Shown: positions 19,581 to 30,206, counted from the stretch's first letter. The stretch is DNA of 64,000 bases from Betaproteobacteria bacterium Ga0077526 (GCA_001464765.1 LNDV01000031.1:62867-126866); one strand, 5' to 3'. Numbers and translations: made by a program. The notes: a model not told the origin generated them from the sequence alone.

Positions 19581-20300
19581 TCAGGCCGCGCGACGGGGCA
19601 ACGTGCCTGCCAGGGTCGGCGGCGAGCCATCGAGCGGTGGCGCGGTCGGCGCCTGCAATCCGGCCGCCAGGAAGGGCACGAGCCGGCGCACGATGGCCTC
19701 GGGATTATCGGCTTCCGGCGCCTGGCAGCTCGCCACGAGCTGCAGTGCGTCGTCTCCCGCCATCACGTAAGCGATGGCCCCGAAGGTGAAATGCATCCGC
19801 CAGACGAGTTCGGATTCGGGCAGATGCGGCATCGCGCGACCCAGGGCCTGCTGGAAACGTCGGGCGGCGACCCGGTACTGATCCGGCAGGAAGTCCTTCA
19901 TGTAGTCCCCGGGCTCCGAGAAGGCACGCCCCAGCAGCCGCAGCACGGTGGAGCCGTGCTCGAGGGGGTTGCGCGACAGACGCAGCGCGGGCAGCAGCAG
20001 CGCTTCGAGGATTCGCTCGACCGGAAGCGGGCCGGAAGCTTCTGCTTCGAGGCGATCGAGGTACTGGACCCGCGCTTCGTTCAGCGGCCCGAGCCGGCGC
20101 TGCAGTACCTCGCGCACCAGGGCGTCCTTCGACCCGAAGTGATAGTTGACCGCCGCGAGGTTCACTTTCGCACGCGCCGTGATCTCGCGCAGCGAAGTCG
20201 ACCGGAATCCCTGCTCCATGAACAGCGATTCGGCCGCTGCCAGAAGACGTTCCCGCGTTTCCACCCCCGGTTTCGGCCCGGAGCGCCCCACAGACGCCAT
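19581..20300 (-). CDS. psrA: TetR-family regulator, PsrA-like
   Basis: TRERLLAAAESLF...VNLAAVNYHFGSK HTH and a PsrA-type C-terminus (WRMHF, FLAAGL); heads the fad operon. Confidence 0.8.
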   Translation of the reverse strand: MASVGRSGPKPGVETRERLLAAAESLFMEQGFRSTSLREITARAKVNLAAVNYHFGSKDALVREVLQRRLGPLNEARVQYLDRLEAEASGPLPVERILEALLLPALRLSRNPLEHGSTVLRLLGRAFSEPGDYMKDFLPDQYRVAARRFQQALGRAMPHLPESELVWRMHFTFGAIAYVMAGDDALQLVASCQAPEADNPEAIVRRLVPFLAAGLQAPTAPPLDGSPPTLAGTLPRRAA

Positions 20301-20316
20301 GAATGAAGTACCCGTA

Positions 20317-20374
20317 TGAAACGTTAGATTCAAACAACTGTTTGAATCATGCCGAGCGCATCGGCGGGCGTCAA
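20317..20374 (-). promoter_or_regulatory. Sigma70 promoter of psrA-fad with overlapping PsrA-type operators
   Basis: Minus strand TTGACG (20374-20369), 17 bp, CATGAT (20351-20346). Perfect IR GATTCAAACA-AC-TGTTTGAATC at 20327-20348 (CAAAC-N4-GTTTG). Degenerate TGAAAC-N4-GATTCA at 20317-20332. Confidence 0.8.
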
Positions 20375-20435
20375 GACCGATTTGAGGGTGCGAGGTGATC
20401 GCGGACTAGGGATGCTGCCGGCAGCAAGCTCCCCC

Positions 20436-20477
20436 AAAAACGACACCGCCCCGGGAACTCACGCTCCCGAGGCGGCG
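20436..20477 (-). terminator. Rho-independent terminator of etfBA-acyl-CoA dehydrogenase
   Basis: Minus strand CCGCCTCGGGAGC-GTGA-GTTCCCGGGGCGG, followed shortly by TTTTT. Confidence 0.75.
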
Positions 20478-20496
20478 GCAGGTGGCGACGAGACGA

Positions 20497-22293
20497 CTAG
20501 AAGAGCGCTTCTTCCAGCGCGAGGGTGCTCGTCGCGCCCTGCACGATCGCCGGCTTGTACGCGTGGGCGAGCGGGAGGATGTGCTCGGCAAAGAATCGCG
20601 CGGTGGCGAGCTTCCCGCGATAGAAGTCGTGGTCACTGCCCTGCTCGTCGAGGCGGCGCTTGGCGACCAACGCCGCGCGGGCCATCTGCCACCCGCCCGC
20701 CACCACCCCCCACAACTTGAGATAGGGCACGGCGCCGGCAAACGCGTGCTTGGCATCCTGTGTGTAGGCCTGAAGCAGCCAGTCCGTCGACTGCTCGAGG
20801 GCGTCCACGCCATCGGCCAGCGAGCGGCGGATCACGCCGAGCGCCGGGTGATCGGCAAAGGGAGCGAGTTCGCGATCGAGCGCACGCATCTGCGCGATCA
20901 CGCCCTTTGCGGTCATACCCTTCTCGAAGGCGAGCTTGCGGCCGACGAGGTCGTTGGCCTGGATGCCCGTGGTGCCCTCGTAGATCGAGGTGATCCGCGC
21001 GTCTCGCAGATACTGCGCCGCGCCGGTCTCCTCGATGAAACCCATCCCGCCGTGAATCTGCACACCCGTGGAGGCGATCTCGATGCTCTGCTCCGTGCAC
21101 CAGCCCTTGACCACCGGCGTCAGCAGGTCGAAGACGGCCTGACCGCGGCGGCGCTGTTCCACATCCGGGTTGGCCAGCGCGTGATCGAGCGCCTCCGCTG
21201 CCGCGGCGGCGAGCGCCCGCATGGCCTCGGTCTGCGCCTTCATCGACATGAGCATGCGGCGCACATCGGGGTGATGGATGATGGTCACGCGCTCGCCGGC
21301 CTTCACGCCGATCTCGCGACCCTGCACGCGGTTCTTCGCGTACTCGAGGGCATGCTGATAGGCACGCTCGGCCATCGCCACGCCCTCCACGCCCACTTCA
21401 AGGCGCGCGAAGTTCATCATCGTGAACATGTATTCGAGGCCGCGATTCGGTTCGCCGACGAGATAGCCGATGGCGCCCTCGCCGTCGCCGTAGGCCATCA
21501 CGGCCGTCGGACTGCCATGAATGCCCAGCTTGTGCTCGATCGACACGCACTTGACGTCGTTGCGGGCGCCGAGCGAGCCGTCCGCATTCACGAGGAACTT
21601 CGGCACGATGAACAGCGAGATGCCCTTCACGCCCTCGGGCGCATCCGGCAGCCGGGCGAGCACCAGATGGACGATGTTCTCGGCCATGTCATGCTCACCC
21701 CAGGTGATGAAGATCTTGGTGCCCTTGATGCGGTAGTGATCGCCTTCCGGTACGGCCTTCGTGCGCACGGCGGACAGGTCCGAACCCGCCTGCGGCTCGG
21801 TCAGATTCATGGTGCCGGTCCACTGCCCCGACACCAGTTTCGACACATACGTCGCCTGCAGTTCCGGTGATCCGTGGCGCTTGATCGCTAGCATCGCGCC
21901 GCTGGTGAGCATCGGGCACAGGCAGAACGCCATGTTGGCGGAGTTCCACATCTCGGAGAGTTGCTGCGAGAGCACGTGCGGCAGTCCCTGCCCGCCGAAC
22001 TCCGGATCGCCGCCCACCGCCGGCCAGCCGGCCTCGACGAACTGGCGGTAGGCCTCCTTGAACCCCGGGACACTCGCGACACCCTGCTCGGACCACTTGG
22101 CCCCGATCTGGTCGCCGGGCTTGTTGAGCGGATCGAGCACACCGCCCGCGAACTTCGAGGCTTCGTCCAGCACCGCACCCACGAGGTCGGGCGAGACCTC
22201 CTCGCAGCCGGGCAGGGCCGCGATGGCCGGAAGATCGACCAGCTCTTCGAGAACAAACCGCATGTCGCGGACGGGGGCGTTGTAGGTGGACAT
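20497..22293 (-). CDS. Acyl-CoA dehydrogenase
   Basis: GTMNLTEPQAGSDL, GTKIFIT, EHKLGIHGSPT and IYEGTTGIQANDL motifs. Confidence 0.95.
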   Translation of the reverse strand: MSTYNAPVRDMRFVLEELVDLPAIAALPGCEEVSPDLVGAVLDEASKFAGGVLDPLNKPGDQIGAKWSEQGVASVPGFKEAYRQFVEAGWPAVGGDPEFGGQGLPHVLSQQLSEMWNSANMAFCLCPMLTSGAMLAIKRHGSPELQATYVSKLVSGQWTGTMNLTEPQAGSDLSAVRTKAVPEGDHYRIKGTKIFITWGEHDMAENIVHLVLARLPDAPEGVKGISLFIVPKFLVNADGSLGARNDVKCVSIEHKLGIHGSPTAVMAYGDGEGAIGYLVGEPNRGLEYMFTMMNFARLEVGVEGVAMAERAYQHALEYAKNRVQGREIGVKAGERVTIIHHPDVRRMLMSMKAQTEAMRALAAAAAEALDHALANPDVEQRRRGQAVFDLLTPVVKGWCTEQSIEIASTGVQIHGGMGFIEETGAAQYLRDARITSIYEGTTGIQANDLVGRKLAFEKGMTAKGVIAQMRALDRELAPFADHPALGVIRRSLADGVDALEQSTDWLLQAYTQDAKHAFAGAVPYLKLWGVVAGGWQMARAALVAKRRLDEQGSDHDFYRGKLATARFFAEHILPLAHAYKPAIVQGATSTLALEEALF

Positions 22294-22327
22294 GGACGAC
22301 TCCTCGGTGACGGACGATGCGCTTCGA

Positions 22328-23260
22328 TCAGCCGAGCGCTTCGGTGAATGCTGGCACCGCCTCGAACAGGTCTGCCACCAGCCAGTAGTTGGCGACCTGC
22401 GTGATGGGTGCTTCCGCATCCTTGTTGATGGCGACGATGACCTTGCTGTCCTTCATGCCGGCCAGGTGCTGGATGGCACCCGAGATCCCGACGGCGATAT
22501 ACAGCTCCGGCGCGACGATCTTGCCGGTCTGACCTACCTGATAGTCATTGGGTACGAAGCCCGCATCCACGGCAGCGCGTGAGGCGCCGACGGCGGCACC
22601 CAGCTTGTCCGCGAGGGCTTCGAGAATCTTGAAGTTCTCACCGTTGCCCATGCCGCGACCGCCGGAGACGATGACCTTGGCTGCGGTCAGTTCCGGTCGC
22701 GCGGACTTGGTGAGTTCCTGGCTGACGAGCGTCGAGAGACCCGTGTCCGCCTGCGCCGCGACCGGTTCGATCGCAGCCGAACCGCCGGTCGCCGCAACGG
22801 CATCGAAGCCCGTAGCGCGGACGGTCAGCACCTTGATCGGGTCGGCGGAGCGCACGGTGGCCAGTGCATTGCCCGCATAGATGGGCCGCACGAAAGTGTC
22901 GGGCGACTCGACCCCGACGATCTCGGAGATCTGCGCGACATCGAGCAGCGCCGCCACGCGAGGCAGCATGTTCTTGCCGAAGGCGGTAGCAGGTGCGAGG
23001 ACGTGCGAGTAGTTGCGGGCGACGGAAACCACGAGCGCCGCGACGTTCTCGGCGCCGCCGAAGCGGTAGGGTTCGGCGTCGGCGGCAAGGACCTTGGTGA
23101 CGCCAGCGATCTGCGCGGCGGCAGACGCGACCGCACCGCAGCCCTGACCGGCAACGAGAACATGGATGTCGCCGCCGATCTTCGCGGCCGCGGCGACGGT
23201 GTTGAGGGTGGCAGCCTTGATCTGGCTGTTGTCGTGTTCGGCAATGACGAGAATGGCCAT
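22328..23260 (-). CDS. etfA: Electron transfer flavoprotein alpha subunit
   Basis: SGGRG, QVGQTGK and [12 protein letters not shown] motifs. Confidence 0.97.
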   Translation of the reverse strand: MAILVIAEHDNSQIKAATLNTVAAAAKIGGDIHVLVAGQGCGAVASAAAQIAGVTKVLAADAEPYRFGGAENVAALVVSVARNYSHVLAPATAFGKNMLPRVAALLDVAQISEIVGVESPDTFVRPIYAGNALATVRSADPIKVLTVRATGFDAVAATGGSAAIEPVAAQADTGLSTLVSQELTKSARPELTAAKVIVSGGRGMGNGENFKILEALADKLGAAVGASRAAVDAGFVPNDYQVGQTGKIVAPELYIAVGISGAIQHLAGMKDSKVIVAINKDAEAPITQVANYWLVADLFEAVPAFTEALG

Positions 23261-23262
23261 GA

Positions 23263-24012
23263 CTAGATCACCTTCGCTTCGTTACGCAGCTTCTCGACCA
23301 GTTCGGCCACGCTGCCCACCTGCCTGCCGGCACCGCGCTTCGCGGGCTCGGCCACCTTGATCGTCTGGAGACGCGGGGTCATGTCGACACCGAGGCTCTC
23401 GGGCGTGACGGTGTCGAGCGTCTTCTTCTTGGCCTTCATGATGTTCGGCAGGGTCACGTAGCGCGGCTCGTTGAGTCGCAGATCCGTGGTGACGACCGCC
23501 GGCAGCTTGATGGACAGCGTCTCGAGACCGCCGTCGATCTCCCGGGTGACCTGGGCCGAGCCGCCGTCGATCTTCACCTTGGACGCGAACGTCGCCTGGG
23601 ACCAGCCCAGCAGCGCGGAGAGCATCTGCCCCGTCTGGTTGGCGTCGTCGTCGATGGCCTGCTTGCCGAGGATGACGAGACCGGGCTGCTCCTTGTCCAC
23701 CAGGGCCTTGAGCGCCTTGGCCACGCCCAGCGGCTGGGTTTCGTGAGCGGTCTCGACCAGGATCGCGCGATCCGCGCCGATCGCCAGCGCCGTGCGCAGG
23801 GTCTCCTGGCACTGGGCGGTTCCGATCGAGACGGCAACGATCTCGGTGGCCACGCCCGCTTCCTTCAACCGGACGGCCTCCTCGACGGCAATCTCGTCGA
23901 AAGGGTTCATGGACATCTTCACGTTGGCGGTCTCGACACCGCTGCCATCCGCCTTCACGCGGACCTTGACGTTGTAGTCGACGACCCGCTTCACGGGCAC
24001 GAGGATCTTCAT
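23263..24012 (-). CDS. etfB: Electron transfer flavoprotein beta subunit
   Basis: [22 protein letters not shown] and GKQAIDDD motifs. Confidence 0.97.
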   Translation of the reverse strand: MKILVPVKRVVDYNVKVRVKADGSGVETANVKMSMNPFDEIAVEEAVRLKEAGVATEIVAVSIGTAQCQETLRTALAIGADRAILVETAHETQPLGVAKALKALVDKEQPGLVILGKQAIDDDANQTGQMLSALLGWSQATFASKVKIDGGSAQVTREIDGGLETLSIKLPAVVTTDLRLNEPRYVTLPNIMKAKKKTLDTVTPESLGVDMTPRLQTIKVAEPAKRGAGRQVGSVAELVEKLRNEAKVI

Positions 24013-24197
24013 GGGATCACCCTGGGTTCTGGGACACGAGGAAAGCGCCGGATTCTACCGCAGCGCAGCAAGGGAAGAACTGACCAAGTGGTGCGCTGGC
24101 TTCGGGCGATGACCCTTCGTGACGGCGCCATAGGACGCGACCTTTTCATTGAACCAGACTTTCCGGACGGTGAGCGAGCCTGGTCGGGGCGCACTGT

Positions 24198-25826
24198 TCA
24201 GCCTTCCCGGAAGCGTTCGCGGAGCACGTTCTTCTGGATCTTGCCCGTGGACGTCTTGGGCAGCGGACCGAAGATCACGCTCCGCGGCGCCTTGTACCGG
24301 GCCATGCGTTCCCGGCAGAAGGCGATGAGTTCCTCTTCCGAGGCCGACGCGCCGTCGCGCAGGGCGACGAACGCGCAGGGCGTCTCGCCCCATTTCTCGT
24401 CGGGACGGGCGACCACAGCGACATCGCTCACGGCCGGGTGGCGGTACAGCACGTCCTCCACCTCGATCGAGGAAATGTTCTCGCCGCCCGAGATGATGAT
24501 GTCCTTCGAGCGGTCCTTGATCTTCACGTAGCCCTCGGGATCGATCACCGCGAGATCCCCGGTGTGGTACCAGCCCCCTTCGAACGCCTTCCGCGTCGCC
24601 TCGGGGTTCTTGAGGTATCCCTTCATCGTGATGTTGCCGCGGAAGAAGATCTCTCCCATGGTCACCCCGTCGCGCGGCACCGGCAGGAGCGTGTCCGGAT
24701 CAAACACATCCATGCCCTCCTGCAGGGGGTAGCGCACGCCCTGGCGGCTGTTGCGCTCGGCCTGCACGTCGAGCGGCAGCACCTCCCATTCGGGGTGCTT
24801 GGCGCAGACGCTGGCCGGACCGTACACCTCCGTGAGCCCGTAGACATGAGTGATGTCGAAGCCCATGCGGGCCATCCCCTCGATCATGGAGGCGGGCGGC
24901 GCCGCGGCAGCGACGAGGCCCCGCACCTGATGATCGATCCCGGCCCGCCACTCGGCCGGCGCGTCGATGAGCATCCGGTGGACGATGGGTGCGCCGCAGT
25001 AGTGGGTCACCCCGTGCTCGCGGATCGCATCGAGGATGGCCCTGGCCTCCACGCGACGCAGGCACACGTGCGTCCCGGCCATCAGCGCGATGGTCCACGG
25101 AAAGCACCAGCCGTTACAGTGGAACATCGGCAGCGTCCACAGATACACAGGAAAGTGCGGCATCGCCCAGGTGACGGAATTGCCCACCGCGTTGAGGTAC
25201 GCCCCCCGGTGGTGGGTGACCACGCCCTTCGGGTCGCCTGTGGTGCCAGACGTGTAGGAAAGGGCGATCGCGTCCCACTCGTCGGCAGGGCCGGGCCAGT
25301 CGAACGCCGGATCCCCCTGCGCGAGGAAGGCCTCGTAGTCCATCTCGCCGATCAGCTCGCCACCGTGCGCCAGCGGGTCGTCGATGTCGATGACCACCGG
25401 GCGGGTCGCGAGCTTCTCCAGCGCCGCGGTGATCACCCCGGAAAACTCGCGATCGGTGAGCAGGATCTTCGCCCCGCCATGCTCCAGCATGAAGGCGAGC
25501 GCATCGGCGTCGAGGCGGGTATTGAGGGCGTTCAGCACGGCACCGATCATGGGCACGGCGAAATGGGCTTCGACCATGTGGGGTGTGTTGGAAGCCATCA
25601 CCGCCACGGTGTCGCCTGCCCCGATCCCGCGACGTGCGAGAGATGACGCCAACGCGCGCGCCCGCGCGTACACTTCGCGCCAGTTCAGCCGCCAGTCGCC
25701 GTGGATCACTGCGACGCGGTCCGGATAGACCTCCGCTGCGCGGGCCAGAAAAGACACCGGGGTGAGGGGAACGTAGTTGGCCGCGTTCCGGTCCAGCCCC
25801 TGCTGATAAGGATTGCCGTGGTTCAT
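24198..25826 (-). CDS. Acyl-CoA synthetase (AMP-binding)
   Basis: YTSGTTGDPKG, YGLTE, DRSKDIIISGGENISS and PKTSTGK motifs. Confidence 0.94.
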   Translation of the reverse strand: MNHGNPYQQGLDRNAANYVPLTPVSFLARAAEVYPDRVAVIHGDWRLNWREVYARARALASSLARRGIGAGDTVAVMASNTPHMVEAHFAVPMIGAVLNALNTRLDADALAFMLEHGGAKILLTDREFSGVITAALEKLATRPVVIDIDDPLAHGGELIGEMDYEAFLAQGDPAFDWPGPADEWDAIALSYTSGTTGDPKGVVTHHRGAYLNAVGNSVTWAMPHFPVYLWTLPMFHCNGWCFPWTIALMAGTHVCLRRVEARAILDAIREHGVTHYCGAPIVHRMLIDAPAEWRAGIDHQVRGLVAAAAPPASMIEGMARMGFDITHVYGLTEVYGPASVCAKHPEWEVLPLDVQAERNSRQGVRYPLQEGMDVFDPDTLLPVPRDGVTMGEIFFRGNITMKGYLKNPEATRKAFEGGWYHTGDLAVIDPEGYVKIKDRSKDIIISGGENISSIEVEDVLYRHPAVSDVAVVARPDEKWGETPCAFVALRDGASASEEELIAFCRERMARYKAPRSVIFGPLPKTSTGKIQKNVLRERFREG

Positions 25827-25970
25827 GGATGACTCGATGGGTGTGGGCACAGACCGATGCGGAGGCGCGACCTGCCGGGTCGCGCCTGCTTCGAAGCCTG
25901 CCGCTGAAGATCGGAACATGATATTGCATGGCGGCCGGACCTTCCCTGGCTCGCGTGCCCTGCCCACTCT

Positions 25971-27179
25971 GTGAACGCCGTGCCGACCACCGCCGACACG
26001 ATCGACCCCTCCGCCACCCAGCCGTTGCGCCCGAGCCCGCCGCCCCCGTCTGCCGGGCGCCGAGTGATCTGTCCGGTCCTCTGGGTGCACCTGCACGGCT
26101 ACGCGGAGGCCGGGGTGCACGATCAGGTCAAGCTTCGCGAATCGCTGCATGCCGCAGCGGCCACCGCTCTCGAGGCCGTGCCCGCCACCGACCGGATCGT
26201 ACTGGAGACCGACACGGGAATGGCGGTGTGCTTTCTCGGCGGCGCGGCACTGGCGGCAGCGTCCGCCCGGGCGCTGCTGGAAGCGTCCTCGGCCAACGCG
26301 GACCTGCAACCTGCGGTCGGCCTCTCGATCGGCCCGGTCGCGGTGCTGGACGATGGTGACACCGCGCCCCGGCTCATCGGCGACGGTGTGGTCGTGGCGG
26401 AACGCATCACGGCGTTCGCGGCTCCCGGACAGGTCGTGGTGACCCGCGACTTTGCAGACACGGTGGCGTCCGCGAAGTCCGCGGGCACGAAACTGTTTGC
26501 CGCCTTCGGCACGCGCACCGATGCCCAGTTGCGGTCGCACGACCTGCTTCTTCTGAAAACCGAAAACGCGGACATGCTCCGCCGCCTTGCGGCCACTGCA
26601 TCCCCTTCCGGCGCTGCGGGCATCCATCGACACCGATGGGCGGCGGGTGCCGCGCTCGCCGCCGTAGCCGTACTCATTGCGGTGCTCACCGGCGGTCACC
26701 GGACGCCGGCTCCCGTTCCCCGAGATGTGCCTGTCGCCGTCGCTGCTGCCCCCAAGGCTCCCGAACCGCCTGTGGTCACCGCGCCTGCGCCCCCGCCCGA
26801 GCCCCTTCCTGTCGTGGAGGCGCCGCCCGAACCCGCGCCGGCCAGACGCGAGAAGCGCGAGACGGTCGCCGACGTGAAACCGGCCGCGCCCAAGCAACGT
26901 GCGGAGACCCGCGGCAAGGATGCCGCGAAAGCGGCGCAGGCCAAGGCTCCGCCGCCGGCCACGGCACCGGTGGCCAAGTCCATCATCGGCCTGGCCGTGA
27001 GCCCGTGGGGCGAGGTCCTGATCAACGGACGCCGGGCCGGCGTGAGCCCGCCGCTGACGATGGTGGAGGTGGATTCCGGCCGGGTTACCATCGAAGTGAG
27101 GAACGGAGAATCGTCGCCGTTCACCCAGACACTCGACCTCGCCCCCGGCGAGGAGGTCCGCATCAAGCACCGGTTCTGA
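25971..27179 (+). CDS. Degenerate class III cyclase-like domain + TM + Pro/Ala linker + PEGA domain
   Basis: Cyclase-like GLSIGPV...IGDGVVVAERI...PGQVVV, one TM helix, and a C-terminal SPWGEVLING...GVSPP PEGA-like domain. Confidence 0.75.
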   Translation: MNAVPTTADTIDPSATQPLRPSPPPPSAGRRVICPVLWVHLHGYAEAGVHDQVKLRESLHAAAATALEAVPATDRIVLETDTGMAVCFLGGAALAAASARALLEASSANADLQPAVGLSIGPVAVLDDGDTAPRLIGDGVVVAERITAFAAPGQVVVTRDFADTVASAKSAGTKLFAAFGTRTDAQLRSHDLLLLKTENADMLRRLAATASPSGAAGIHRHRWAAGAALAAVAVLIAVLTGGHRTPAPVPRDVPVAVAAAPKAPEPPVVTAPAPPPEPLPVVEAPPEPAPARREKRETVADVKPAAPKQRAETRGKDAAKAAQAKAPPPATAPVAKSIIGLAVSPWGEVLINGRRAGVSPPLTMVEVDSGRVTIEVRNGESSPFTQTLDLAPGEEVRIKHRF

Positions 27180-27187
27180 TCGGCTCC

Positions 27188-27616
27188 ATGGACAACCGCC
27201 CTCCCCCGCAATTCCGCGCGCGCGGCCTGCTCGCCGCAATCGCCTTGCCGCTGCTGCTGGCTACAGGCTGCACAAGATTCGACCGCGTTCCCCCGACCGT
27301 CGCTCCGACAGAGCCGCCCAAGGCGGAAACCTATCTGACGGAAGGCCTGCGCGCGTACGAAGACGGTCGCTATCCTGCGGCCCAGAAGCGTCTGCGCGAT
27401 GCGCTGGAGGAAGGGCTGCGCAAGCGTGCAGACCGCGTGGCCGCCCACAAGCACCTGGCTTTCCTGTACTGCGCCACGAAGCAGGAAGTCCTGTGCCGCG
27501 ACGCGTTCCGGCGCGCTCTCGAGATCGATCCGGCCTTCCAGCTCACCCCGGCCGAGGCCGGCCACCCGCTGTGGGGTCCCGTCTTCCGGTCGCTGAAACC
27601 CAAGGGCGCCACGTGA
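27188..27616 (+). CDS. TssQ-family TPR-like lipoprotein
   Basis: Lipobox LATGC; GLRAYEDG, AHKHLAFLYC and LTPAEAGHPLWGPVF motifs. Confidence 0.82.
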   Translation: MDNRPPPQFRARGLLAAIALPLLLATGCTRFDRVPPTVAPTEPPKAETYLTEGLRAYEDGRYPAAQKRLRDALEEGLRKRADRVAAHKHLAFLYCATKQEVLCRDAFRRALEIDPAFQLTPAEAGHPLWGPVFRSLKPKGAT

Positions 27617-28821
27617 CCGACGCTGCCCCGCAGGCCTCGCCCGGCAGTTTCTTCCTCGGCCGCTACGAAGTCCGCGAACGGCTCGGGCAGGGCGCGATGG
27701 GCACGGTCTATCGCGGACACGATCCGGTGCTCGACCGCCCGGTCGCCATCAAGACGATCCCGCTCGACATGCCCAAGGAGGATCGCTCCGACTACGAGGC
27801 CCGCTTCTATCAGGAGGCCCGTGCGGCTGGCGGCCTCAGCCATCCGAATCTCGTCACGATCTACGACATCGGCAAGACCGAACGCCTCGCTTACATGGTG
27901 ATGGAGTACGTGCAGGGCAAGGAACTGCGCGAATTGCTGCTGACCCACGCGCCCTTCTCCGCCGAGGATGCCGTCCGGGTCTGCGCGCAGGTGGCCGACG
28001 GCCTCGACTACGCTCACGTGCGCGGTGTCGTGCATCGGGACATCAAGCCGACCAACATCATCGTGACCGAAGAAGGTCTCGTGAAGATCGCGGACTTCGG
28101 CATCGCGCGCATCCGCAGCTCGGAGCTGAAGACCATGGCGGGCATCGTGCTCGGTTCGCCGCGCTACATGTCGCCCGAACAGGTCATCGGCGGCGCGCTG
28201 GACGGCCGGACCGACATCTTCTCTCTCGGCATCGTGCTGTACGAACTGCTCACCGGTCGCCCCCCCTTCCAGGCGGACACCGTGCAGGGGGTGATGTACC
28301 AGGCGCTGAACAGCAAGCCGGCGCCGCCGAGCGGCACCAATCCGAAGGTGCCGCGCATCCTCGACTTTGTCGTCGCGAAGGCGATCGCGAAGGATGCGAA
28401 CCACCGGTACCGCAGCGCGGCCGCCTTCGCCGACGACCTGCGCTCTGCCGTGGGATTCCCTCGCACGTCGCTGCGGCGCCTCGGCGCAGCGACGGAATCG
28501 CCCCCCGAGCCGGAAGCTGAATCCGACACGACGGAGGTGCCGCCGGAGTCCCCGGCAGTCGCGCCCGATGTGCTGGGGCAGGAGCCGGTTCCGGTGACCG
28601 TGTCGGGAGCGTTCGATTCGAGAGCCGCGACGTCCCGATTGCTGGCGCTTGCCGCCGACAGCGGGGACAACGCGGAGGGCGCTGCGCCATTCGCCAATCG
28701 TGATCCCGGTGCCGCGCCGCCGGTAGCTCCGCTCGATCGCGCGCTGCAGCGGGCCGGGCCGTGGCTGTGGGCCGTGGCGGCTGTAGCCCTTGCAGTCGCG
28801 CTGGTTCGCGCGGTCTCTTAG
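27613..28821 (+). CDS. Hanks-type Ser/Thr protein kinase with C-terminal membrane anchor
   Basis: GQGAMG, VAIK, HRDIKPTN, DFG and YMSPEQ motifs; GTGA overlap with the lipoprotein stop. Confidence 0.93.
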   Translation: MTDAAPQASPGSFFLGRYEVRERLGQGAMGTVYRGHDPVLDRPVAIKTIPLDMPKEDRSDYEARFYQEARAAGGLSHPNLVTIYDIGKTERLAYMVMEYVQGKELRELLLTHAPFSAEDAVRVCAQVADGLDYAHVRGVVHRDIKPTNIIVTEEGLVKIADFGIARIRSSELKTMAGIVLGSPRYMSPEQVIGGALDGRTDIFSLGIVLYELLTGRPPFQADTVQGVMYQALNSKPAPPSGTNPKVPRILDFVVAKAIAKDANHRYRSAAAFADDLRSAVGFPRTSLRRLGAATESPPEPEAESDTTEVPPESPAVAPDVLGQEPVPVTVSGAFDSRAATSRLLALAADSGDNAEGAAPFANRDPGAAPPVAPLDRALQRAGPWLWAVAAVALAVALVRAVS

Positions 28822-28850
28822 GGACAGAGAACGCTCGTCCTTCGGGCGGT

Positions 28851-30206
28851 TCAGCCCTCGCGGATCGCGGCCACCGCATCCCCGATGCGTTCCACCGCGA
28901 TCACTTCGAGGCCTTCGATGGCCTGACGCGGACGGTTGGCCTTCGGCACGATCGCCCGAGTGAACCCGAGCTTGGCGGCCTCGCGCAGCCGTTCCTGACC
29001 GCGCTGAACAGGCCGCACCTCGCCGGCAAGGCCCACCTCCCCGAACGCGACGAGCTTGGCCGGAAGCGGCCGGTTGCGCAGGGACGATACGATCGCCAGC
29101 AGCACCGGCAGATCGGCGGCGGGCTCGTCGATCTTCACACCCCCCACTGCATTCACGAACACGTCCTGATCGAAGCACGCCACTCCGGCATGCCGATGGA
29201 GCACGGCAAGCAGCATCGCAAGCCGGTTCTGCTCGATGCCCACGCTCAGGCGCCGGGGGTTGGGGGCATGGGCATCGTCCACCAGCGCCTGCACTTCCAC
29301 GAGCAGCGGCCTCGTGCCTTCCTGCGTCACCATCACGCAGGCGCCGGGCACCGGGTCGCCGTGCTGCGACAGAAACAGCGCCGAAGGATTGGAAACCCCG
29401 CGCAGTCCCTTCTCCGTCATGGCGAACACGCCGAGTTCGTTCACCGCACCGAACCGGTTCTTGATGGCTCGCACGAGCCGGAAACTCGAATGGGTGTCGC
29501 CCTCGAAGTACAGGACGCAGTCGACGATGTGCTCCAGCACGCGGGGGCCGGCAAGTGCGCCTTCCTTTGTCACGTGCCCCACCAGCACGAGAGCACAACC
29601 GCTTGTCTTCGCGTAGCGCGTGAGCTGCGCGGCGCACTCGCGGACCTGCGCGACGCTGCCTGGGGCGGACTGCAGGGCTTCGGAGTAGACGGTCTGGATC
29701 GAGTCGATCACCGCGACATCGGGCTTGCGCGATTCGAGCGTGGCAAGGATGCGCTCCAGCTGGATCTCGGACAGCAGCGACACCCGACCGCTGTCGAGCC
29801 CGAGACGGCGCGCTCGCAGCGCGACCTGCTGCGCCGACTCCTCGCCGCTCACGTACAGGACGGCAGCATCTTTCGCCAGACTGGCGAGCGCCTGCAGCAG
29901 CAGCGTGGACTTGCCGATCCCGGGGTCGCCGCCGAGCAGCACAACCGCACCGCGAACGAGACCACCGCCCAGCACGCGATCGAGTTCATCGACGCCAGTG
30001 GAGCGGCGCGGCGCTTCCTGTGCCTCGACCTCGGCGAGATTGGCCACCTTGCTCGTCTCGGCCAGCCCCTGATAGCGCGACGGCGCCCTCTCGGGGAGAC
30101 TCTCCACGAGCGTGTTCCAGGCGTGGCAGTTGGGGCACTGCCCCACCCACTTGGGCGATTCCCCGCCGCATTCCGTGCATGTGTAGACCGTCTTGTTCTT
30201 CGCCAT
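28851..30206 (-). CDS. radA: DNA repair protein RadA/Sms
   Basis: C4 zinc finger, GDPGIGKST, KNRFG and a Lon-like C-terminus. Confidence 0.97.
   Translation of the reverse strand: MAKNKTVYTCTECGGESPKWVGQCPNCHAWNTLVESLPERAPSRYQGLAETSKVANLAEVEAQEAPRRSTGVDELDRVLGGGLVRGAVVLLGGDPGIGKSTLLLQALASLAKDAAVLYVSGEESAQQVALRARRLGLDSGRVSLLSEIQLERILATLESRKPDVAVIDSIQTVYSEALQSAPGSVAQVRECAAQLTRYAKTSGCALVLVGHVTKEGALAGPRVLEHIVDCVLYFEGDTHSSFRLVRAIKNRFGAVNELGVFAMTEKGLRGVSNPSALFLSQHGDPVPGACVMVTQEGTRPLLVEVQALVDDAHAPNPRRLSVGIEQNRLAMLLAVLHRHAGVACFDQDVFVNAVGGVKIDEPAADLPVLLAIVSSLRNRPLPAKLVAFGEVGLAGEVRPVQRGQERLREAAKLGFTRAIVPKANRPRQAIEGLEVIAVERIGDAVAAIREG

Noticed and set aside
24198-27239. 1013-aa ORF suggesting a large fusion to the acyl-CoA synthetase
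   Set aside because: The N-terminal part is the antisense of the PEGA gene; the real start is about 25826.
27188-27616. Type VI secretion locus
   Set aside because: No core tss, hcp or vgrG genes are in the window.
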